Below the pieces are notes generated by a model that ran no database searches, was not told where the DNA came from, and saw only the letters and a program-made list of their open reading frames with translations. Shown piece by piece: positions 24,461-37,900 of a stretch of DNA of 64,000 bases. This stretch comes from Yuukianura sp. NJ FZ-2021 (Eukaryota), in NCBI GenBank assembly GCA_046563655.1, contig CM102287.1:7192001-7256000 (forward strand), written 5' to 3'. The position numbers and the translations under genes were made by a program. How positions within the stretch are numbered: the stretch's first letter is position 1; every line of letters begins with the position of its first letter.

Positions 24461-27130
24461 ATGATGAAAGTGAAACTACTGAACGGAACTGTACTCATCA
24501 TTGTCATAATACTATTTGCTCAAGTAAGTCTTTGTGCCGAAAACAACGAAATAGTCGTGCTCATGTCAGGAATGGAACCACTCGAACAAGACGCAACTTC
24601 AATAAAGTTTTGTAAGACTAAACGTGATAATTTTTTGAATCTAATATGCTCAAGCTAAGACTTCATTTTTTTTCTGTAAAAAGATGTTCTTGCTGAGAAT
24701 CGCGACACGCACTCCGCTGTAGTTGGATTGGAAGTGAAGAAATGCTGTCAGCAAATCACGCCTATTGACATGGAGTGTGACGTAATGATCTTTAAGACTC
24801 AAAATCAAAAACTCTGTTTTTTACTTTCTAGTTTGAATTGTGGTTTTCAATTTTATTGAATTTTGGAAACTTGGATTTCAGTCTATGTCATTGCACAATG
24901 GATTGAGGCAAGAATTTCATCCAGGAGACAAAATAAATCTGACTATGCTCTACACCAATCGCGTTAGAATTGATACTCCGATTCTCAAAATGTCCAATTT
25001 TATGAAATTGGTTTTAAAAATAATTCATTTGAATTTTTCTTTTATATCGACAGTATTTGTATGGTCGTAAAGGAGACTGTTGGCTTCGCCTCACATCGAA
25101 ACAAAAATCAAAAGGCGTTGCATCTAACGATGTCAAGATTCACTTTGACACTCACGAGTTCCGTCCGACCCCGCTACAAAAGTTGATTTCTGGTTGAAAA
25201 AAAACGAACTTTAGAAACTAATAGTTTACGAGCTGCTTTCAAATTTTTTTTGAATTTTTGTTTAGTAATACCCGGATCCAAGATTAGGGCGTGTGAATCA
25301 GTAGACGAAGATCCCACCAGAGGTTGTCTTCCTGTCAACTGTCTCCTCAAATATTCAGGATTCAGGAGCTTCTTCAACAGAACAGAGAGAAGATGTCAGT
25401 CAACTCCAACGTGTCACTCTGTTCCGTTCAAATTAGATGCTCAAAAGAAGCCTGACATTGTAAACTAAGTTTGAATAATCGTTTATCCATGCGACATTAG
25501 CAGCACTTAGCAACATTCAGTATCATTAATGATTTTTTATGTCTAGATCCTTTCACCGCGGTCCAACAAATGCAAACACTTCAGAAAAACGCCGCATTTC
25601 AACGACAAAATGAAAGACGTCGAGGACATGACCGAAGTGGCAGCGCTAAGTTACACCAAATATCCGATTGTAATTAATTTCCCTTTCATATTGATTGTAA
25701 TGGAAGCTGTTGTTAGATTATTTGGTCTAACCTAACTTTCACATTAGGATGTGTGTTGGGTTAACGAATTTTCATGTGCTTGAAATTTCAGAAAGTCAAA
25801 TGCGTTCATGGACGGAGAAATGGATCAGAAGAACTTTGCATTTGCGATACTGGATGGACTTCGAAGAATTTTTCGGCGGAAAAATTCAACCCTGAGATTC
25901 ACATTTACGTAAAATGTGACCAGCCCGTTGGAGATGCAAAGCCACTTCCGTCAACTGCGCTTATTGTAAGCTCAATTCTGTAAAATTTTAAAAATTTTGA
26001 ATTATAGTATGTTTTTTGGTTATAGATTTTGATTGGAATGCTGATCTTGGTGGCGATTCTGCTTTGCATTTACGTTCCATGTATCTATCAAAGATACATT
26101 GCACACAGCAAGATTCAATCTTTAAGTTCTGACCTGGCTGCGCAATCTTCAGCGTCATCTGACTCTGATGACGAACTGTCCATCATTTCAAGTTCAAAAA
26201 GTTCTAAACGTGGGATCTCTCCAACTCCGGCTCCAACAAAGTCAAGATTGGTGGTAATTTTTTGAAAAGAATGACTTCTTACAATCAATTTCAAAATTTT
26301 GATCTTTTCAAGGAATTTTCACCGCTTGCTCGAGAAGAAAGAACAGCTCGACCAGTGGAGTCGGATAAGCGAGTTTTGTCTGAAGGTGTAAAGCATCTCT
26401 CGTATCCAGAAAGTTTTCAACTAAAACCGCGACCAATGTCACCCATTTCAGCAAACTGGTCTCGAACAACATCTTATCCAGTTTCGGAATCAACTTCAAC
26501 AACAACTACTGCTTCTTCAAATGCATGCATTCGAACTCGGTGGTCAGTTCCGGATACTTCGGACAGTCTTCCATGTTGTCAGGATACAACATGTAGCATG
26601 GTACCCTTGAAGTGCTCCCTTTCTGTAGATGCATTTCCTCGACACACGCAACCATGTACTTGTAGCCAACAAGAATTGAAGCCACTCGTCAGCGTCCGAG
26701 TTCACACGAACGATCCGAACAGAAATACGGTCGTGTCGCTTCGAAAATTTTGTGCCAGCGACACTTCCTTGGCTCTTGAAGTAAGCTTACAAATTTCACT
26801 TTTGACCTTCACTTTGACATGACCTTGGATTTTATTTCATCATTATGATTTCAGAACGTTGTGACTTTTCCGGGACCTTCACCTCAATGCATTGCAGAGA
26901 TGGCCACAAAAAGATGGCAAAACGAACTGGACAACTTTTTAGAAACTTTGAAACCTGAAGATGACGTGACCTCTTTGACAACTCCTGCGTCAGCGTCCTC
27001 AACTGCTACAACTCTCAATGAATTCTGGAGCGAAGACAAAGAAGAAGAAGCAAAAGCCAAACCTCGGAAAAAGTCTGGTAATGAATTATGGTTCCAGCAA
27101 TTAGTTGACTCACTCAAACGACCTGATTGA
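24461..27130 (+). CDS. Uncharacterised Cys-rich type I membrane protein with a juxtamembrane EGF-like module and a Ser/Thr-rich cytoplasmic tail (~10 exons)
   Basis: Signal peptide MMKVKLLNGTVLIIVIILFAQVSLCA. Cys-rich ectodomain (CESVDEDPTRGCLPVNCLLKYSGFRSFFN..C..TPTC), EGF-like CVHG..LCICDTGW, TM LIILIGMLILVAILLCIYVPCIY. Exons join in frame at GT-AG sites. Confidence 0.65.
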
Positions 27131-27457
27131 ATTGACGCTATTACTAAAAACTAAACTACACCTAATGTTTTAACATCCAACAAATTATGTTTCACGCCTA
27201 ATAATTAAAAAGTCACAAACTCAAGTGGTTTTGACAAAATGACAAATTAAGGGTTTTGATGTTTCTAAAAGTCGGAATTTTATTCACTTTGTAGAAGTTA
27301 TGCATTTTAAAAGGAGGTTTTAAAAATACGGATCATGTCAGGAAGTTGATTAAAACCAGTAAAATTAGACTTGTGTACTAAAAAAGGTAAAGTAGGTAAA
27401 AGTAAGTTATGCTTTTAGTAATGAAGCTGAAGAGAAAACCATTTTTGAAAAGATAAA

Positions 27458-30400
27458 CTATTTAGCGCCTTCTCCATCAAGCTAAAATAAATCAAAAGCA
27501 GATGAGTTTTCGTCATTCCCAAACACATTTAGATTTTAAATTTTCGTTCGCTTACCGCTTGGAGTTCGGGTTCCTTAAAAATGTGCTTGAGTTGAAGTCG
27601 AATGGGAACCAAAAACATTAGAACAAATGGGAATGCTAGGGCCAAATTTTTTATAGATTTGACGCCAAGAAGAAACGCAAGACATCCAATCTGAATCACC
27701 GTGTATAAATGCATCTTCCAGGTACGAACCTAGAAAATTTTGGGGCAGAAATTGTTTTTACTCAATTACTTTAATTTACTTAAGTGATAGAGCTGTACTT
27801 ACTCGTCTAACGTAGATTTCGGACGGATGTTGCTTGGCCGGAATGAATAAGAGACTCACTCGATCCATCAATTGCGTAGACCCGAGTGACGCAACTCCAA
27901 TATACAGAAAGACTCCATAGAGAACTGCAAGTGGTATGAATTGGAGCACTGGAGCAAGGACAACCGTACAGCCAATCAAAACACTCAAGGCCAAGTTACT
28001 CATTCGCTGTTCTAAAATCAAGTATTCCAGAAACGAATTGAAATTTTGACACTAAATGTTACAAAAGATCTAGATTTTAGAAATTGTGGAGAAAATACCT
28101 TTGACCTCGACAATTTTTGGCTTCTCTCCTGGTGGGTTATTCTGAGAGTACACAGTGAGGGCTGTGACATGCGCCAAGGCTCTCACGGTGGCACAGCACA
28201 GCCAAGGCCCACCGAGAATCCCACACACGACATTCACAAAAGCAATGATCAGCAAATCCAGATGAAACCCACCGCCTTTCACCATCTTCCTCTCTTCTTT
28301 GTTCACGATTAATCTAAACAAAAATATAAAACAGCTCAAAAAGAGAAAAAACTGGTAAAACAGGACGAAACAAGCAGCGAAATTTCAGAAAAAAATTTAA
28401 ACAGCGTTGAATTTTCTTACTCGCAGATTTGAGTCGTCATAAAGATGAGAATGAAGAGCAGAAGAGCCGGAAGGAATGCCAAAATTGCAAAAGTCATGTT
28501 GAACGGAGTTTCCCGCCCCATGATGTCAACGATCCAATCGCGTTGATCAGGATCCGAAGGTTCAAGGCCACTCGGCACCTTCATCTTCCGAGTGTAAGTG
28601 TCTGTAGCATGGTAGTCCAACAATACCATCAGAATCACGGCAATTGGCACACCAAAGTCACCCAAAGCTCTCCTAGCCTAAAAATTCAAATTTTGAAGTT
28701 TCAAAGTTTTGTTTTTCCGAAATATTTCGAAACTGACGTTTAGTAGTTTGAGTTATTTTACCCGTTCACCAAGAAATATACTGTTGCGGAACTGACGCAA
28801 AAAGTAGGCAATGAAAAACGTGCCGAGCATCAAAATCGTTGACAGAAGAGCCGTGTTCGGTTGGCTTCGGATATCTTCGCTCTCGTCTAGGATTGGTTCA
28901 GGGGTAGTTTCTTCATACCTAAACATAAAAAAATTCGTAAATCAAAGAATTTGTGAAAATTCAAATATGAAAAGCTTACCGTATGGAGTAATGTGTTGTA
29001 TTGATTGTAAGAGAAATTGGCCGTGTGTCTCCCTTTGGTGTACCAAGAGGATGATGCGCGTAGATTTCCACGAGATTGTCTAAACTTTCGTAGATGAGAA
29101 GCATTGACGTAAGAGCTGCGAAAATATCTTGCGTAAATCGCGTAAACCATTTTGCAAGTACGGAAGCTTCGAAGAACAGCACTACAATAATGATCAGGAG
29201 CAGCCATATACTGGTCCAGAAGCGCATGGGCAAGAACTCTATGTCAAATCTCAAGCAAGACTGGAAATTAAAAAGAAAAGTTGAATTTTTTGAAATTTTG
29301 ATTTTTTTAAAAATTCCTACCTGATACAAGATTTCATCAAAAACAAGCAGTGGACCGGTTGGACCAATTGGAATCAGCGGTTGGCCAGAAATGAGAGAAA
29401 AGAGCACTCCGGCACCAGCAGTGACCATAAGCGTTTCGGAAGTTCCAATCAAATTGCCCGTTTTGTCGCCAATAAGACCAGCGAATGTTATGATTTGTGC
29501 GACGCTTGCGCAGAACATAAAAATAGTAGTTGCCAAGCACTGGAGATTAAGGCCATCCACGATATCCGACCAATACCAAGGATAGCGTCTGCGTGCATCC
29601 TGATAAACTCCGCCAAACGGAACTCCTGTGCGTTCCATTGTGTTGTATGGCTGCGGTTTCTTTCCGGGAGAACCAGCTGAAACCAAGAACAAAGAAAAGT
29701 TTGAAATTAATTTCGCAAATTTTGAAAAAAAAATTGTTTTGAAAAGTTACAATCGAATGGTTCAATAGCTGCGATCGGTGGTTCGACGTGCGGCTGCACA
29801 AAAGAAAGCTGTTTTCTGATTCGTCGTTTACGTATGGCCTTGCTTTTGCTTTGAAGAAGGTGTAATGGTAAGAGGTCACGGTTGTTCCAGTCTCCCGGGG
29901 GAAGGACGATGGATTCATCAAGGAACTCGTTGATTCCAGCAACTAAACTTTTTCGACTTACTCCACTCATAGCTACTTCGAAAAAGTCCTGGATTTCGAA
30001 AAAAATGTTACTTGTTTTAAAAAATTTCAAAATTGTCAAATCGGTTTTTGCGTTTACTTTGTTCGACATCAATGTTCCAAAAACGCGTCCCATTTCTAGC
30101 AAATCCATTTCTACGTTGGGAGGAATCAGCATCACAGTTATGAATCGAACTGGCACTGGAATCTAAAATTGTTTTTGAGAAAAGATGTTAAAGTTGCTGT
30201 CTTCGTTCACATTTTTCGAAAACTTTGTTCAATAAGAAATTTACTTCAGAAACATTGAAGATGAAGGAAGCTTCTTTGAGTCGAAGAAATAGAAATACTG
30301 GCCTTCGAATCGCTTCAAACTGCCCGACGAAAATCAGCGTCGCTTCGGCTCCATGCGGAAGCCGACGAACGACATGCTCTTTTCCTTGGATCCATTTCAG

Positions 30401-33262
30401 GTCCTCTTCAGATGGACAGTAGCTTTCGTTCAAACCTTTGACCTCCAGCTGAAACCCAGAAAATTAGAAAGCTGTTCTTAAACTTAGCAATACACTTTTC
30501 TTCAAAACAGTTGAAACATATCGCTGAAGCATTACCGAAACATGGTCGGCCCCGTTCGGAGGTGTGCGCAAAAAATTTCCGGAACTTGTTCTCAGTAATA
30601 AGCGTTTTGCATTTTCCGCTTCTCCGGGATGTTTTGTGCTGTTGTGTCTCATTAGCCCCATTGTGTCGGCCATCGATCGATTCCGATGCTTCTCTTCCAA
30701 CAAATTCTGGAAAATAGGAAAACTCTTGCTGTTATTGAAGAATTTTGAATCAGGGCATTTTAAAACAAAAACTCGGTACCTGCATATTTAGAGTTGATGA
30801 AGTAGAAGTGTTGGATCGTCGGAGCCGAAACCAACCACCACCTTCTGCTTCTTGGACATGTTTGTGCTTCAGGAGCAGAATGCGCATGAGCAGTGGACTG
30901 TCTTCGGCACGGATTAGTCCTTTTCCAGCCAACTCTTCTGCGACTCTGTAAGCAATTCCAGGCATGTCCACTTCCTCAATGTCCAACATCACCAATCCTA
31001 AAACCAAAGCAAACGAAATTCAGAAGTGGCTACAAGTTGACCTTGACCTTTGACCTCACCATCGCGTTCAATGAGTTGCTTCAGTTTAAATAGCGAGTAG
31101 AAGCTGAGTGTGGCAACGTGTGGTTTGCCCCACCGCTGTGACCCTGCCTCCAAGTCCTCCTCGTACTTGATCCACCGAGCAGTTTGTTTCCATTCTTTGG
31201 AACTGATTTCTCCATCTCCGCTTAGAACGTGCAATTCCACGAAACCGTAAACAGTCTAAAAATGTTGACAAACCAGAAAAATTGTAAAAAAAAAAAAATT
31301 TGTTTTTATACTTTCCATTTTTCCGCAAAGCTTTACCTCTTTTTCAGTGTCTGTTTTTGTACTGCCGGTGGTAGATGGTTGGTGAGACAAACTGCGATTG
31401 AGCATATGCGGATTTGACTTTTCTTCAGCGATTGGCGGAAGTAGTGAAAGTGCTGAAGCGGGGTGTGCCAAGTAGTCGATCGTTTCGGCTCTACTGCTAC
31501 TCCTTCCAGTGTCACCACTAAGTTCCACATATCTAACAATTTCAAGGTCATTCAAAATTTTCACGATTTTCACAATCCCTGATTCAATATTTTGTAAAAG
31601 TTACTTCTGGGTCTTCGAACACTGAATTATTCCCAATTACAAACTTTAAGGTGTGCGAACACCCTGGAAACGGGGGGTCAAAATGCGGCTGTAACTCATC
31701 AAATGGAAAATGGTCTGGATCAGCGTAGGAAGGTCGTACAATGACCAACAATATATCAAACTTTAGGAAAAGACTTGATCTAGTACCCTGTCGGAGAAAA
31801 TTACAAAATTTTAGTTCTATCTATGTAAATATGGAGGTGGAATGTTTGAGTCAATTTTTTTCACAGTTAGAACTAAAATTGTGTAATTTTCTCCGACAGG
31901 GTACTAGATCAAGTCTTTTCCTAAAGTTTGATATATTGTTGGTCATTGTACGACCTTCCTACGCTGATCCAGACCATTTTTGCATTTCAATGTCACAGTC
32001 TCACAAAAGTTGTTTACATAAACCAAAAGGCGGCAATTTTTTCCCACCCGAATTCAAACTTTCCCAGGTTTCTTGAGCGACGGCGCTTTCTTTTGCCGAT
32101 GTTTGCGACTTTTACAAACTACACAAGTGCTATTACCGTAGTTACTAATTAAAACAAACATTGTTTATTAGGCGCATAACACACGTCCTTAAAACACTTA
32201 AATACTATCAAAATTAATTGATAAAAATTATTTCATACTGATTTGAATTTACCTATTGTCTGCATTGGACTGTTCCTCATCTTCTCCACCTATTTGTAAA
32301 GACAGGTTGTGACCAGGAGGTTTTTCCATTATTGAAGGAATTAAGTTCAGCACAATTGGATCTAAATGTGGTTAGTCTCTTACCAATTTGAAACTGAACT
32401 GCTTTGCTGTTGGGACTTGCGGGGAAGCTAAGAGTTGCAGAAGGAATTGAACTTCGTCTAAAAGTATAAACACAAACCAGTTTAAAAAACATGTAAGAAA
32501 TAAAAGTCTGTTCTGTTACGGCTCATCCAGCTCTAATGACTCGTTTTCAAAATCTCAAATTCTTTCATAGCCCACTTAAGACGAGATTGGGAGATGAGTG
32601 ACAGGATTAAGAACTTGTCTATGCTTTCTTTAGTTGCTAAAGATAGCGTACTAATTCCTTAAGGCAATAAATATGAATTTAACTAGCATTCAATAGGATG
32701 ATAGACGATTCACAGAGTGTCTATTAACGGAAAATGAAGTTTAATTAAAGTTAAAGCTGCGTCTTTCAAGTGATTTCTGAGATGCTATAAATAGATTTTG
32801 AAAAAACAACTTGTAGACCAAAACTTTTACTTTTTGGTTTTTATTAGGTAAAAAGTTTTTATAAAAACTCTTTAGAAGACAAAAGACTTAAGAATTTGAC
32901 GGCCTGAAAAACTTTTTTTTTGAATTCGAATTCATTTCATTTGAACTATTCTAATCACTATTAACTTATTTAATTAAGTTTAACTTTAAATTCATAACTG
33001 ACAATTCATAATGAACTGATACACGTTGTAAATTGTAAAACCGCTATTTTTTGAAAATCTTACCTTCCGGAATTCCATTGCTCGTCATCATCATCGTGTC
33101 CCTTGTTGGCTATTCCACTTTGAGGACTCTGTTACAAAAAAATTTTTTTTATAAAAATTCACATACACAAAAAGAGCAAAAAAAAACAGCAACCAAAAAC
33201 TAATAGCGGTGAGAGAATGTCTGAAAACGTACGTTCTCTACGAAATCCGGAGGATGTTCCAT
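27458..33262 (-). CDS. SLC4 family anion exchanger (AE2/band-3-like) paralog 1
   Basis: [112 protein letters not shown], FPFVL; ends LDGEGAK*. The N-terminal exons (ATG 33262; alternative ATG 32329) are less certain. Confidence 0.9.
31707..31980. repeat. Long near-perfect inverted repeat (113-bp arms, 1 mismatch, 48-bp spacer); foldback/MITE-like, intronic
   Basis: 31707-31819 is the reverse complement of 31868-31980 except at one base. It lies in the SLC4-1 intron ~31534-32251. Confidence 0.9.
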
Positions 33263-34914
33263 GATGAAGTGCGAATAGGAACCTTGGATAGAAAACGAAA
33301 CGTTTCAGATCTTAAAAACTGTTTTCGAAAATCACTTTGAGATTAATTTTGTCACAATTTAAAAAAATTAAAACACACTTGGGGACGTAAGTTACAAAAG
33401 ATTGGCACAGGAATTGATGTTTAGAAAAGGTGTTGTAGACCGAACGTGACCTCAGGAAAGCGTTTTAGAAAAAGAGCAGAGAATTCTATTGTTCTTTTGG
33501 GTATAAACCTGACAGCAAAGGACGGAACTGTGAATTGATTGTTGTAATAAGACTACCCCGAAGGACACTTCAGAATGTCCCTACCGTGACATTGAACTTT
33601 TCCGATGGATTTTAGATTGTCCGTGACGCTACTAGCCTCCTTCGAAAACAATAGAACTCATACCTGGGACTCCTGTTCAAAATATAAACATCTTTTAGAA
33701 CAAAAAACAACGACAATGGACACGTAGCATGAGGAAGTGCTTTTAGCATGAATTGGATTTTTCATAAGAAGCTATAACATAAGAAATGCTCAGAAACTGG
33801 TTGAAGTAACCCAACCGCTTTCTGTTGTACTCATAGTGTAGTGTATCCGTAAAAGTACTCAGATTTCATGCCAAACCACACAAGAGAAAGCCAGCGCTAA
33901 ACGTTATTTGATTTTCTTTAGCGTCACATCTGCATGTAACAGAATTTTGTTTATTTTGAAAAAAAAAATTAATGCATTTTGAACATTGTCCTTTACATTC
34001 AATTGTACTTCATCCTAACCACCTAAATGAATCGCTGTATACAAAAATTGGTGTCTGTTTTACTTCAACCCGAGAAGTTTTAGTGGCATTGCCAAATGTA
34101 TTAAGCATGAATCATAAAATTTATGATGTTGATGTAGAGAAATTTAATGTTACAAAACATGGAACAAGTACGCTGTACCTTCATCTTTTTAAGTGTTAAT
34201 TTAATTTTCTTTTAAGTACTAATTTCTTTAAGTTCTACTAATTTTAGTTCTCATTTAGTTACCTGTTGTTCTGGGTCATAGCCGAAACTGGAAAATAATG
34301 GTACTAGTGAAAGGCAGTAATCGTGTTGACCTCGATATGCATTTTTCTGCATTTCTTTTAACTTTCAACACAACTCACTGCGAAATGTGTTTTACTTTGC
34401 TCATATTATTATTGACTGACTCTGATATTGTTCAAGTGAAATCAAAAAACACAATTTGGAAACTTTCCGATGTTAATGCTTGCATCAGCCATACCCGGCG
34501 CATCTTTGTGACAGGAGAGTGAGAGTCTCATGACCGCAATAAAAAAAATATTGGCAAATTCCATGGTTTCGCGGACTGATTCGGGATTCGGGAATCTTCT
34601 CCCGCCCACAGCAACACAGCTGGAGACTCCAGCAGAAACACTATCATTTCATTTTCTCTTTATCCAGAGTAAAATACACAAATTGCGCAAGGTTTTGACA
34701 AATTACACATCGAAATTCGAAAATACATGTTCCACTTTGTTCTTCATAACGTTATGTTAAGAATGGACGGAGTTTTATTCACTTTGTATAATTTTTACCA
34801 AAGTTTTTTGATTGGTTCAGTCAAAAACCTTGATTTTTACCTAGAAGCACACAATATATTAACCTTAAAACTTGGTTGATGAAGTTGACGAGCGAAAGGC
34901 GGAACATGTACACA

Positions 34915-37900
34915 TTATTTAGCGGGTTCTCCATCCAGCTAAAGAAATATAAACAAAACATTGCTTCAAATTTTCCCGAATACATGTCTTGTGGAAAGCA
35001 AATTTCTGTTACCGCTTGAAGTTCAGCTTCCTGAAAAATGTGCTTGAGTTGCAACCGAATTGGAACCAAAAACATGAGGAGAAACGGAAATGCAAGAGCC
35101 AAGTTTTTGATTGATTTGACGCCAAGGAGAAACGCAAGACATCCAATTTGAATCAACGTGTACAAATGCATTTTCCAAGTTTTCACCTTCAAAAATTCAA
35201 TCAAAGAGGTTCTCCAAATCAGAATGGAGATTCTTTGTCATTGCGGTATTAATCGTAAGTATTGTATTGGTATAACTGACCCGCCTGACATAGATCTCCG
35301 AAGGATGTTGCTTGGGAGGAATGAACAGAAGATTGACTCGATCCCACATCTGCGTAGTGCCAAGTGACGCAACTCCAATATACAGGAAGACGCCATAGAG
35401 AACTGCAAGTGGAATGAATTGGAGTATTGGCGCAAGGGCAATGCTACAACCAATCAAAATGCTCAGAGCGAAGTTCGTGACACGCTGCTCTACACAACAA
35501 AACATCAAAACACTTCAAGTTATTTCCAGAAAAGCTAATATTTTCGGCCATTTTCAGAAAATGTCATTTTTGATAATTGAAGAAATACCTTTGACCTCCA
35601 CAATTTTTGGTTTTTCTCCTGGTGGATGGTTTTCTGAGTAAACAGTTAAAGCTGTGACGTGGGCCAAGGCTCTTGGAGTGGCACAGCAAAGCCACGGCCC
35701 ACCAAAAACACCACAAATTACATTCAGACATGCCATGATCAGCAAATCCAAGTGAAATCCACCGCCTTTCACCATTTTCCGCTCTTCTTTGTTCACAATT
35801 AACCTAAATAATTTTTCAAAAAAAAAAGAAGCAAAATCAAAATAGCAATCTACAAAACAATTTTCGGTGGACAAAAATTTCGGTAAAAATTTAAACGTGT
35901 CATTTACTTTTTAGCTCACCTGCCATGCGGAGGGCAGCAGGTGGACGAAAATTTCAGTAAAAATTTAAACGACGTCGAACTTCCTTACTCGCAAATTTCA
36001 GTCGTCATAAAGATGAGAATGAAGAGCAGAATGGCGGGAAGGAATGCCAAAATTGCAAAAGTCATGTTGAACGGAGTTTCCCGCCCCATGATGTCAACGA
36101 TCCAATCGCGTTGATCGGGATCCGAAGGTTCAAGGCCACTCGGCACCTTCATCTTCCGAGTGTAAGTGTCTGTAGCATGGTAGTCCAATAACACCATCAG
36201 AATCACGGCAATTGGCACACCAAAGTCACCCAAAGCTCTCCTAGCCTAAAAATTCAAATTTTGAAGTTTCAAAGTTTTGTTTTTACGAAATATTTCGAAA
36301 ATGAAGTGGAGCAATTTGAGATATTTTACCCGTTCTCCAAGAAATATACTGTGGCGGAACTCACGCAAAAAATATGCGATGAAAAAAGTTCCGAGCATCA
36401 AAATCGTTGAAAGAAGAGCCGTGTTCGGTTGGCTTCGAATATCTTCACTTTCGTCTATGATTGTTGCAGCAGTAGTTTGTTCATACCTAGCAAATACTTG
36501 GAAGTTTTTTAAAAAATTCAAAATTTTACTTCAAAAATTTGAAATTACAGAATACTCTCCGGAGTTGTGTCGTTTGTGAGGTACATGAGTGATGTCGATG
36601 TGTATTTCCTGGGTGTACCCAGTGGATGATGTACGTAGATTTTTATGAGATTGGCCAAACTTTCGTAGATGAGAAGCATTGATATCAGAGCTGCAAAAAT
36701 ATCTTGCGTAAATCGAGTAAACCATTTAGCAAGTACGGAAGCCTCGAAGAACAGCACGACTAGAGTAATCAAGAGGAGCCATATGCTGATCCAGAAGCGC
36801 ATGGGCAGGAACTCTATGTCCAAGCTTGTGCAAGACTGCAAGTAAAAATTCAAAATTTGAAATCTCCCTGAAACGGTGAATTCAAACAAAAACTGACATG
36901 GTATAGAATTTCATCGAAGACAAGTAGTGCCCCGGTCGGACCAAGCGTAATTAGCGGTTGGCCGGAAAAACAAGAGTAAAGCACTCCAACACCGGCAGTG
37001 ACCATGATAGTTTCGGAAGTCCCAATCAAATTGCCTGTTTTGTCGCCACTAAGACCCGCGAAAGTAATTATTTGAGAGACGCTTGCGCAGAACATGAACA
37101 AGGTTGTTGCCAAGCACTGGAAGTTGAGTCCATCCTTGATGTCTGACCAGTACCAATCATAGCGTCTGCAAGCCTCTTGCAAAACTCCGCCAAACGGAAC
37201 GCCTGTACGCTTCATAGGGTTGTACTTCTGTCGTTTCTTTCCAGAAGATTCCGCTGAAAAAAGCATTTCTCAAAAACTTAGAATTCCAAACAACATTTTA
37301 AAATTGTTAAATCTTGGAAACATCAACGTATTTTTAACAGTTTACTTACAATCGAATGGTTCCACGACTGCAACCTGCGGTTCGACTTGCGGCTGCGCAA
37401 AAGAAAGTTGCCTTTTCATTTGTCGTTTGCGTTGGGCATTGGTCTTGCTCTGTAGCTGCAAAATGTGTAATGGCAGAAGGTCACCGTTGTCCCAGTCTCC
37501 TGGGGGTAACACTATTGATTCTTCCAGGAATTCGCTAATTCCAGCGGCCAAGCTTTTTCGACTTACGCCACCCTTAGCCACTTCGAAAAAATCCTGAAAC
37601 ATTTTAAAAATTTGGATTACAAAGTCCCAGTTTAGAAACGTATAGCATTGTTTTTTTTATACTTTGTTGGACATCAGCGTTCCAAACGCTCGTCCGATTT
37701 CTATCAAGTCCACATCAATACTTGGAGGAACAAGAATGATAGTGACGAATCGAACAGGAGCTGGAACCTAAAACGATATGTATTGTGCATTTTTAACTTT
37801 TCGCAAAACACCCCGCCCTTCTTAAAGCACTCTTGAAATTTTTACTTCGCAAACGTTAACATTGAAGGAAGCTTCTTTGAGTCGAAGGAATAGAAACACT

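Noticed and set aside
31605..31663. Possible extra SLC4-1 exon (CSHTLKFVIGNNSVFEDPE) with AG/GT ends
   Set aside because: Its phases do not fit the flanking exons, which join directly in frame (..DN-R-YVEL).
36545..36562. Apparent second non-canonical donor in SLC4-2
   Set aside because: A canonical phase-2 donor (ATT CT|GTAATT) gives the correct frame.
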